Assembly: GCF_009914755.1 (NCBI RefSeq)
Contig: NC_060937.1
Direction: 5' to 3' (one strand)
Origin: the human T2T-CHM13v2.0 reference genome, Homo sapiens
Length of the DNA stretch: 64,000 nt
Below the pieces are notes generated by a model. It ran no database searches, was not told the DNA's origin, and saw only the letters and a list, made by a program, of their open reading frames with translations. Of this stretch, positions 54,607-64,000 are shown piece after piece. How positions within the stretch are numbered: the first letter of the stretch is position 1; the number at the start of each line of letters is the position of its first letter. The translations under genes and the position numbers were made by a program.

Positions 54607-56080
54607 TCTGTTACATTTCTTACAATTTCATTTATTCCAATATGTTTTTTATATCATTGTACATAGATATAATAGCTGCTTTCAAGTCCTTGCCTAAAAC
54701 TCCCAACCTCTGGATGATGATCTATGCTAACTTTTTCCAGGATCTGCATGTGTCATTTTATTTTATTTTATTTTTTTGGTTTGTATCCTGAACATTGTGA
54801 TGTTAACTTTTATAGCCTCTCAGTTTTGTTAAGTTCTCCTAGATAGCAGAAATGTTTTTGTTAAGTAAAAAATTAAATTGATAAATTATGAATTAGAATC
54901 AAACTTCGGGTAGATGACAATTCAAGCCTCAGTTTAATTATTTGAGCCTTAGCTTGGTGGCAGCCTATGAATATGAGGTTTAGCCAGTGGCTCGGAAAAG
55001 TTTAAACAGGAACACCAGGGCTCCCTGTTTCTGGATTGTCATATTAGATTTCTGCTGCAGTGGGCAGACCTTGCTCTGTCATTTGAGCCAGAATAATGGT
55101 GGGTTGTTGATTGGAGCTTCTGCCACCAAACATCACTCTGCCTAGCACCACTTCCTTGATCCAAAGCCTCCTAATTTAGTAATTTCTCCTCTGATTTCCT
55201 GAAAGTTTCAGCTCTTTTTTAAGATTGTGTGCCTTTGTTCACTCTATGTAGCCTTCAGGCAGTTTTTCTTAATTTTTATTTTGTGTTATGTATTTTGTCC
55301 AGAGTTTATCATTGTTCTTCTAAAGGTTTGTACCTTACATATTTACTCTCATATTAAATATGGTGCTCTCCAAAAATATAATATTTCTTAATTTTCTCAA
55401 TGAGCTGTGATTGTTTCTTTTGCCCTGAATTACCTAATGGGTATTTTTCTTGGCACCTCCACTGAAAGAAAAAAAGTGAAACCCCTTATGTAGAAAAACT
55501 AGTGATGACAACAATAAAAATTTCCATAAAAGCTTGTTACTGGTTTTGAAATTAAAGCATTATCTGTACATTCATTATTGTGTCAGTTACATTTGCATAT
55601 TATCATAATGCTATTTTATGCTGTCCTTTTCATTGGTATCAAATAATATATGATTACAAAAAATTGATATGTTTCTTTCTGCATTGTTGTGTGACAAGCA
55701 ATTGCAAAGAAGCCAGTGAAGTGAACATAATACAAAAAATGTTAATTAGCTTGATGTTACCCAATCAGGAGGAAGCAGAAGTAAGTCTGCAACTGAGAAG
55801 TGAACTAAAGTACTTTTATGTAAGCTACAGGGTACCTACATTTACAGAAATTGTGTATTTATAGATTGGGGAATTATACTTGAAGAACATATATAATATG
55901 TTCCTAGGTATTGGAAAATAAATAAAAACATATTATGGCTCTTTTGGAAAAAAGTTATTACCAATTTTCAAGTTCTTATAAACTATATCTAACTCTAAAA
56001 TATAAAAAGAATTGAAGATATTAAAAATAAAACTAAATTTGTTTCAAATTTTATATTATGATCAACCCTTGAACTCTTTT

Positions 56081-56502
56081 TTTTTTCTTTTATTATTATA
56101 CTTTAAGTTTTAGGGTACATGTGCACATTGTGCAGGTTAGTTACATATGTATACATGTGCCATGCTGGTGCACTGCACCCACTAACTCGTCATCTAGCAT
56201 TAGGTATATCTCCCAATGCTATCCGTCCCCCCTCCCCCCACCCCACAACAGTCCCCAGAGTGTGATGTTCCCCTTCCTGTGTCCATGTGATCTCATTGTT
56301 CAATTCCCACCTATGAGTGAGAATATGCGGTGTTTGGTTTTTTGTTCTTGTGATAGTTTACTGAGAATGATGATTTCCAATTTCATCCATGTCCCTACAA
56401 AGGACATGAACTCATCATTTTTTATGGCTGCATAGTATTCCATGGTGTATATGTGCCACATTTTCTTAATCCAGTCTATCATTGTTGGACATTTGGGTTG
56501 GT
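56081..56502 (-). mobile_element. Young L1PA2-type 3' fragment (~420 bp) with a perfect 15-bp TSD
   Basis: TSD CCCTTGAACTCTTTT at 56066-56080 and 56503-56517. The sense strand reads GCTAGATGACGAGTTAGTGGG (GAG, not Ta ACA or pre-Ta ACG) and AAAACTTAAAGTATAAT (no Ta G6015). Confidence 0.93.
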
Positions 56503-56683
56503 CCCTTGAACTCTTTTAGTAACTCTATACATTACTAATTTTAATATGATTTAATGCTTAAATCTAAAAGTTCAAGGGTATCAACACTACTTTGCACCAA
56601 AATACTAGAAATATATAAACTCAAAGTGTTCAGATTTTGACTATAAACAACATAAACTAGTTAAGATAAAAATTATTGAACAT

Positions 56684-56965
56684 GGCCGGGCGCGGTGGCT
56701 CACGCCTGTAATCCCAACACTTTGGGAGGCCGAGGTGGATGGATCACCTAAGATCGGGAGATTGAGACCAGCCTGACCAACTTGAAGAAACCCCATCTCC
56801 ACTAAAAATACAAAATTAGCCAGTCATGGTGGTGGGTGCCTGTAATCCCAGCTACTCAGGAGGCTGAGGCAGAAGAATCCTTGAGCCCAGGAGGCAGCGG
56901 TTGCAGTGAGCCGAGATCATGCCATTGCACTCCAGCCTGGGCAACAAGAGCAAAACTCCACCTCA

Positions 56966-56992
<27 letters not shown>
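56684..56992 (+). mobile_element. AluSp
   Basis: ATCGGGAG...CAGCCTGACCAACTTGAAGAAACCCC and GCAACAAGAGCAAAACTCC diagnostics; A28 tail; TSD GAACAT. Confidence 0.92.
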
Positions 56993-56996
<4 letters not shown>

Positions 56997-57632
56997 ATTT
57001 TCTAAATGCTTGTTCTGCAGTTACCTCAATGAATCAATGTCATTTCTATCAGGAAATAATGTTTATTGAAACTTCATTTCTACACGATTGGTGGCTATAT
57101 TGATACACCATTTAATAAAATTAGAATTTGTTAATATAAATATTACATTTATGCATGATCAATATTTATTTTCCATAATTGTTGCTTAAGATCCATTTTT
57201 ATAATGCAAAGATTCACATACAATATGTATATTTTTATTAATGTTTCCTGATTTTTAGGTGATAATTATTGTCCTCATGGGTAGAAGAAGCAGCTGAAGG
57301 ATATTCTCATTGGTTGTGTATTCATATGCACCACACAACTTTAATTCCTATTTCAAAGCTATACAAATAGCAAAAGCTGCTCAAGAACATACCAACAAAT
57401 CCTTAAATCGGGTAATGCACCAAAAAAAGACATATTAGTCATGGTTGACAGGTTTAAAAAGAAAAAGAACATAAACTGATTATTTATGCAGGCAGTGCTG
57501 CTCTTTCTACTGTAACTGACTACTTTGCAACTCACAATTTGATTATGCATCCATCGGTATGTTATACAACTTTTTAGGTTGATATTTGGAAACACTTGTT
57601 AACTCTACACAAAAGCAAAATTAACAACTTCT

Positions 57633-58345
57633 CTTTTTCTTTTATTGTGGTAAAACCATATAAGATCTACCCTCTTAACAAATTTTAAGTGTACAGTAAA
57701 ATATTATGAACTATAACCACAATGTTATACAGCAGTTCTCTATAACGTTTTCATTTTACATAACTGAAATTTTATACCCAAAGAACATTAAGTCCTCATT
57801 GCTCCGGCAACACTGCCCCTGTAGCCACCATTTTACTTTCTACTTCAATGAGTTTGACTACTCTAAATACCTTATATCAGTGGAATGATGGTATATTGTG
57901 GTTTTTGACTGATTTATTTCACTTAGCATAATGTCCTCAAGGTTTATTTATGTTGTAACACAGGGGTCTCCAATATCCGGGCCATGGACCAGTACTGGTC
58001 TGAGGCTTATTAGGAACCAGGCAGCACAGCAGGAGGTGAGCGGTGGGCAGGCAAGCATTACTGCGTGAGCTCCACCTCCTGCCAGATCAAGGGCAGTGTG
58101 AGATTCTTAACAGGAGCAGGAACCCTATTGTGAACTGCACACGCAAGGAATCTAGGTTGCGTGCTCCTTATGAGAATCTAATGTCTGATAATCTGAGTTG
58201 GAACAGTTTCATCCCCAAACCATCCCCGTCAAGTCCCTCCCATGGAAAAATTGTCTTCCACAAAACTGGTCCCTGGTGCCAAAAAGGTTGGGGATCACTG
58301 TTCTAGCATATAACAGGGTTTCCTTTTTGTGGCTGAATAGTATTC
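57633..58345 (-). mobile_element. L1MA10/L1MB-type 3' end interrupted by MER1B
   Basis: TTTATTGTGGTAAAACC...TTTCACTTAGCATAATGTCCTCAAGGTTTATTTATGTTGTAACA | (MER1B) | TATAACAGGGTTTCC...GGCTGAATAGTATTCCA. Confidence 0.85.
57961..58300 (+). mobile_element. MER1B hAT-Charlie MITE
   Basis: Terminal inverted repeats CAGGGGTCTCCAA...TTGGGGATCACTG; internal GAACCCTATTGTGAACTGC and CTCCTTATGAGAATCTAATG; 8-bp TSD TTGTAACA / TTCTAGCA (6/8). Confidence 0.92.
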
Positions 58346-58460
58346 CACTATATCTACATTTTGATGTAAAAATTTGGTTAATGGAGATTAACTAATTTAA
58401 GTTAGTTAATAGTTATACTACCTAAATTAAGTTAATAGATATACTTACTAATATTAACTA

Positions 58461-58795
58461 CATTTTTATGCACTGCATAACAATGTTTTGCTTGATAACA
58501 GACTGCATATATGATGCTGATCCCATTAGATTATAATATTATAGTTTTTCTATTCATTTTCTATCTTTAGATACACAAATACCATTGTGTTATAACTGCC
58601 TACAGTTTTCTGGACAGTGGCATACTGTACAGGTTTATAGCCTACGAGCAATAGGTTATACCATATATCACAGGTATATGGTAGGCTCTACCCACCAGGT
58701 TTTTATAAGTACACTCTGTGATATTTACACACTGACAAAATTGTCTAACAACACATTTCTCAGAATGTAACCTGTTGTTATGCAATGTACACTGT
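58461..58795 (+). mobile_element. Tigger3a-like (MER7) TcMar MITE
   Basis: ATGCACTGCATAACAATGTTTTG...GACTGCATATATGATGCTGATCCCATTAGATTATAAT...ATTTCTCAGAATGTA. Confidence 0.8.
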
Positions 58796-59567
58796 ACTGT
58801 AGGAAAAGGTTTTCATTCTAAAAACATTATTTTTAAAAGTCCGTAGCATTTTAAATTGATGATAGAATTAGTTCTACATGGCTGGTAATAAAATATAACC
58901 ACACTGATCTTCACACTTTAGCTTACATATTTTTATTTTGAGATATTTATAGGATAGTTTTTAAAAATCTACTTGTAGATGTTTACACAAATGAATATTA
59001 TTTTGTAACCTCCTACAATGTGGTTAACTCAAGTGTTTTCCAAATTTTGATTGCAGATAAAATTAGTATTCCGCCAAAATATGATTGAATATTTTCTTTT
59101 TACTTACTTTTTATTCCTTTTTAAATCAGTAATACACAAAATATAATTAATATTTTGTTGATTAAACATTTATCAATATTATTTGATTCAAGTACAGGTA
59201 AATAGCAGTCTTTTCTTTGGTCAAGACAAATATTTCAAAGTTTAATGAACATTAAATATATTCAAATGTATTGAATTCCTTTTAGTATTTCAGCCAAAAA
59301 TGTCATGATAACGTTTTCACTTATCATATATAGTTTCTTCTCTAAAATCTTTTAATATTGTGTCAATAAATTTCTTCAGAATACCTACACTTCTAACAGT
59401 TTCTGGTAAAGACCATTTTCATCAAGTAAAGGACATCAGATTGTTTCTGTTGCCATCTATGGCAAGCAGTGGGCTGAATCTGATAAAAGTTAGTAGTCCT
59501 ATTTCTGTGAGCTCCTTGCAGCTTGTTCTCAGTATCAGATACTTATAGTGCTGACATTTCAAAAGCA

Positions 59568-59610
59568 CAGATGGTGCAGAGGAAGTCCTAAGACGTCACC
59601 AGAGGGCGGT
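59568..59610 (+). promoter_or_regulatory. Candidate CTCF site within an E-box/ETS/CRE-like motif cluster
   Basis: TCACCAGAGGGCGG (59596-59609; 12/14 to CCACCAGRGGGCGC), GACGTCA (59592-59598), GAGGAAGT (59579-59586), CAGATG (59568-59573). Motif evidence only. Confidence 0.4.
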
Positions 59611-59949
59611 TTTCAAATCTTTGTCACAGGTTTAGAGAGATACAACTTGAAAGACCAAAACTTTTTCACTAAGCTCTCCATTTGCAACTGAAAGTTAGTT
59701 ATCTTCAAAAACACTGAAATTACAAAGACCTTACCTGAATTTGTAAAATAGTTACATCATATGTTTTCTATGAATTAGAGGCAATGTTGGCGCTTTCAAC
59801 CTTTGCATAAACATTGTAAATAATTTCTATAGGAGTATTTATATTTCCTTCCGTGTACTGATATTGTTGTAACTCTCCATCATGAGCTTTGTAAAATATA
59901 ACAATAATAATCGTATAGTGTGGTATTAAAATATCTATATTTTATTGTA

Positions 59950-60085
59950 ATTATTGGACTATAGGTTGTCTCAGAGTCCGGAATTTTCAGTCCTTCTTTT
60001 CTCTTGCAGACCATTGTGCCTAGTTTAGTATTTGGTATGCTGATGGTGCAAGTAAATGTTCACTGAATGTTTAAATGAATGAATA
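59950..60085 (+). mobile_element. L2 3'-end remnant
   Basis: GTGCCTAGTTTAGTATTTGGTATG...AAGTAAATGTTCACTGAATGTTTAAATGAATGAAT. Confidence 0.55.
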
Positions 60086-60899
60086 TTTTTTCAGTTATGA
60101 GACTAAAATTATTTTATGTGAAGGAGAAGGGACAAAGCATTTTTATAAGGCAGAGGTTAAGTTAAAATTACAGAATGTAGAATAATAATTGAAATATTCT
60201 GTTTATTTTATGATGTGAGTAGTCCTTGATTTTAAAAAAACTACAAATTTAGTTTATAATTAGAGGAAAAAACATGAGCAGAAATAATAGGAAATATTAT
60301 ATTATCTTACTCCATAGTTTCATAAGCAGGTATTTATATTTTTAAAAAGTTACGCATACTTTAATATTATAAATGCTCATTTTTAAATCAAGACTTTTGG
60401 CAAAGTCTTAAAAACTACAGTTAACGTCTGACTTTTTCAGGCCAGTGATCAAAAATATCTGTGGTGTTTGCACAATAGGTTTTTTTTTCTATACATTTGG
60501 AAATGATTTCCCAACATTAATATAATTTGTGTGTATCTTTTAAAGAAGTATGCATTGCACAACATGTTAGTAACTCAGTAAATAGCTTCAAATGTAAATA
60601 TAATATCTGACAAATATTCTTAAATTCCTAGTAATAACTTTAAAAGTAATGCATCATCTATTTTACACACTAATGTTAAAACCATATTGTATTATATTGT
60701 TCTGATCATTATTTCTGAACTGATATATAATAATCATATAAACAAACATATATTCTTAGGTCTATTTTATTTTTCACCTTTTAACTAATAAACTGATTTT
60801 TTAAAAATGATAAATTTATAAGCATCTGCAATTTAAATCACACAGTAAAAGACATGGAGGAATGTATTCATTATGTGAAATTCAACTTTCAAAGATAAT

Positions 60900-61760
60900 A
60901 ATGTATGTCTTTTCTTTAGCTTTACTCCAGATCTTACTAAATGCATATATGTACATAGCACACTTTTTCATATAGTTTTTCATAATGGAGATAGTATTAT
61001 ATGTGAATTTCTCTACATATACTATTTGTATATGCATAATTATTTTAAAATAATCTCATACTATAGTGCTTAATAGCTGAGGGAATGCTTTGTATATATT
61101 GTAATTTACATATTGTGTTCTCTTACTAGATATTCAAAATGTCTTCAAAATTTTAAAATAAAATCAAAGATTTTTGAGATACTTTATGAATTAATATTTT
61201 TTTCATCTTTGTAACCATATTTGTAGGGCAAATCCATAGAAGTAGAATTGCTGGATCAAAAGAAACAGATACTTTACAATGTCAAAATGAACACCCCAAA
61301 AGAATGCATAAAACAATGTGTTAACAACAGTAATGATATTCTGATGAATATGGATTTTCTTTCCAAAAGTAAAATATCATAAATGTTTCTTTTGTCCTCT
61401 AGTAAAACAGTTTTTATCATAGTCTTTCGTCTCTCATTTTATTTATTTTAACATACTGAGTGTTTTTGTTTTCTGTTTTCTAGTCTATTTTCTACTCGTT
61501 TAATTTTTGGCATAGAAAACTCTTCTTGTGTGTATTAATTATGTTATTAGCCAATTGATAGCAATTTCTAATATTTCAAAAATATTTTACTGTTTTATGG
61601 TGGGCTTTCACATATAACATCTTACGTGCATACAATCACAATTTTGTCTTTGTTTTTCTGTTTCAATATGTATACTTCTTATTTCATTTGCTGTTTATGT
61701 GCACTGGCTAGCTCTTTAAGAATAATATGAAAGTACCAAATATTTATTCATTATTTCCAT
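60900..61760 (-). mobile_element. Very old L1ME remnants
   Basis: ATAATGGAGATAGTATTATATGTG and TTTGTAGGGCAAATCCATAGAAGTAGAATTGCTGGATCAAA. Confidence 0.55.
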
Positions 61761-62905
61761 GGTCCTTCTTATAAAAGAACTCTAATATTTTGATTACTAT
61801 TATAAGAAAATGCTCACATTTTGCATTTGATTATCTTTTAAAATATTTAGGGGATACAATATTAACTTATTTGTGATAATCTTTTCCCAAAACTAATCAA
61901 ATTTTCATCTAAGTTTCAGAATTCATATGTCAGAAATTATTAAAGGAAAACTGGATACTAGTATGTAGTATGGTCAAGAGGCTAGTACTTTAAGATAACA
62001 CAATATTTATGTAAACAGAAATCTTGCAAATGAAGAAGAAATAAAAGATCCTTACCATTAGAAAGACTTCTTATCATATTTGCTATTATTAGAGCATAGT
62101 GGACTAATTTTTATCTTGTTTCCAGACTATTCTTATAAAGGCTATTCCACCTCTCTTTAACAATATTTTCATGCTTCTAAGTTAGGCATGTTGAAATGTA
62201 TTTAATTGGCTATGTTTCAGATAAAATAGTGATGCAAGCTCAAAACATACTTAATCATATATTAAAAGGAGATAGTGTATAATTATGAAAGGCTTAAGGA
62301 AGAAATATAGTCTGTGATGGGAGTTGACAATATTGACAAGAGTTGTCAATAAGTCTCTAGAAAGTATTTTCTTGGCTTAAAGAAGGTTAATAAACTGAGA
62401 TCTAAAAGTACTGGAGAGGACAACCTAAGTAATTATCTTGTTAGACTTATTTTAATTTCAGGTAATGGACTAGGAAATATAATAAAGTAATTGATCTTTT
62501 AGAAGAAGGGCTTGATGAATTGAATAAAAAGTTGTCTGCACAAGTTTCAGCGGCACAGTTGCAAACTAATGTAATAAATCAATTTTGACAGAGTAATTGA
62601 TAAAGTTGACAGGACAATGTGCCATGTGTAATGTAACCAGGTTAAAGTCAAACTAAAGATGTTGTTCTGTTACTGGCTTCTTTTAACAAACAATGCATCC
62701 CGAGTATCACTCAAAATGGTGTACTATGAATGAAATTATATGAAAATTACCCTAATTATTAGAAATATATTCTTTCAATCATGTTTGCTTGAATTGCTTC
62801 ATTGTTTGGATATTTCTAATTATATTTTCCTTAATTACTTTTCTGGAAGCCTTATCTATGTGTGTCAAAATAACCTTCCTAAAATTTTCTTTTACCATAT
62901 GATAT

Positions 62906-62943
62906 AATAGCAAAAGCCACAATTACTTTTGCACTAAACGAAT
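62906..62943 (+). mobile_element. Half MADE1 (Hsmar1 MITE), single terminal inverted repeat
   Basis: AATAGCAAAAGCCACAATTACTTTTGCACTAAACGAA vs the MADE1 right half AATGGCAAAAACCGCAATTACTTTTGCACCAACCTAA. Confidence 0.8.
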
Positions 62944-63407
62944 ATAATTTTATAAAACACAGTTATTGAACATCTCATTAACTCATTAAAGAGCAAATAG
63001 TTCTGTATATTTTTTTCTTTTTATTCATATAAAGGGTCTCAATCAGACCTTCTGCTACCCAGTATATAGTTTTGATTAATTGAAAAGACGAGTAGGCTTT
63101 GATTTCCCTCCACCCTTCAGATTACATTAAAACAGCTCTTTGTAAGACAAATAAAATACCTAAATATGAATATTAAGTAGCATAATTTTCTCAAAAATAC
63201 GCACTTAAAATATGGAGATAATAAAACTGGATTACAAGTACATTTTTATATTCCCAAATTTAATTGTTACAACTATTTGTTTGTACCAGTTTTCTTTCCA
63301 AGCAAACTATTTATGAGCCATTATCTTATAGATTGTCCAAATAGTTAGCTGTAAGCTTTTGGGTAATATTAGTCTTAAATACTTAGAGGAGAATTCCCTT
63401 TCCTCTG

Positions 63408-63680
63408 CATTCATACATTCACTGACTTCCAACATTAAAAAAAAAATGCCTCCTATGTGCCAAGAAAAACCTGATAAAATCCTTGCTCTTGTGGAGCTTA
63501 TATTCTAGTAGGGAGTGTTGTTAATAAGTAAACAAACCAACATAATATAATTTCAGAAGTAATATGACAGGATAAGAAGATGAAGAGTGATAAGTGAGGA
63601 GACTCTTTTTATAAGGACAGTCCAGGAAGGCAGTGACATTTGAGCAGGCACTGAATGAAGTGAGGAGCAAGAGGAAATTG
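63408..63680 (-). mobile_element. L2 (L2a-like) fragment
   Basis: CATTCATACATTCA...GCCTCCTATGTGCCAAG...CCTTGCTCTTGTGGAGCTTATATTCTAGTAGGGAG...GTGACATTTGAGCAGGCACTGAATGAAGTGAGG. Confidence 0.75.
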
Positions 63681-63699
63681 CTGACCTTTTTTTTCTTTC

Positions 63700-64000
63700 C
63701 AATTTAGTCTTGAGGTCTCCCTCCAAGGAGTGGCTATAAACTCTAGCCCTACCCTAATGAGACTCCAGGAATTTGGTCCTAGATGTTTACAGTTTGCCTT
63801 TCACAAGATACTTCTTGAACCTTGTGGACAGCCTAATGCCACCGTGTCAGACCTGTGATCAGGTGTCCCTCACACAGGATAATTGTTCACACCAGCAGAT
63901 GTCCTTGTGGCTTTTGTTTGACCTGTGCCCAGTTTATTCCTGCCAAGACAGTCATTCTCTAGGAGAGCACTGAACAGGAAAGAAGTTAGATTCTAGTTTG
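63700..64000. mobile_element. ERV LTR fragment (MER74/MER54-like), running off the window end
   Basis: CCTTGTGGCTTTTGTTTGACCTGTGCCCAGTTTATTCCTGCCAAGACAGTCATTCTCTAGGAGAGCACTGA resembles these LTRs; subfamily and strand uncertain. Confidence 0.5.

Noticed and set aside
54234-54611. TSD for the THE1D-like solo LTR
   Set aside because: The flanks CCTAC and TCTGT match at only 2 of 5 positions, so no TSD is claimed.
56300-56482. ORF MIDWIKKMWHIYTMEYYAAIKNDEF...
   Set aside because: This is the C-terminal end of L1 ORF2p in a 5'-truncated copy with no promoter or catalytic domains.
62332-62350. 8-bp inverted repeat ATTGACAA-GAG-TTGTCAAT
   Set aside because: Expected by chance in 64 kb of AT-rich DNA, with no supporting context.

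Overview
This is primate DNA, almost certainly human or great ape (it contains AluY and an L1PA2-type insertion). It is AT-rich, CpG-poor and intergenic or deep-intronic. I find no intact protein-coding gene, RNA gene or CRISPR-like array, and every ORF in the supplied track is a repeat-derived or chance frame. Most of the window is fossil mobile DNA: a complete THE1A MaLR element with target-site duplications (TSDs), a nested ERVL stack (MER21C-type provirus with RT remnant > MLT2 LTR > AluY), about 14 Alu-family copies, many L1 fragments (two with twin-priming 5' inversions, one young L1PA2 with a perfect 15-bp TSD), L2/MIR remnants and DNA-transposon MITEs (MER53, MER1B, Tigger3, half MADE1). 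The one gene-derived sequence, missed by the ORF track, is a processed, disabled retrocopy of the USP7 C-terminus plus 3'UTR (about 42432-42982). It has no poly(A) tail and lies between CA tracts. Other points worth checking are a ~300-bp tandem duplication that post-dates an Alu, several template-switch scars, a nested AT/CA palindrome, a CpG-gaining Alu and two candidate cis-regulatory motif clusters. I see no support for a new biological system here. Repeat subfamily names come from remembered consensus sequences and need RepeatMasker/Dfam confirmation; boundaries of old repeats are approximate.
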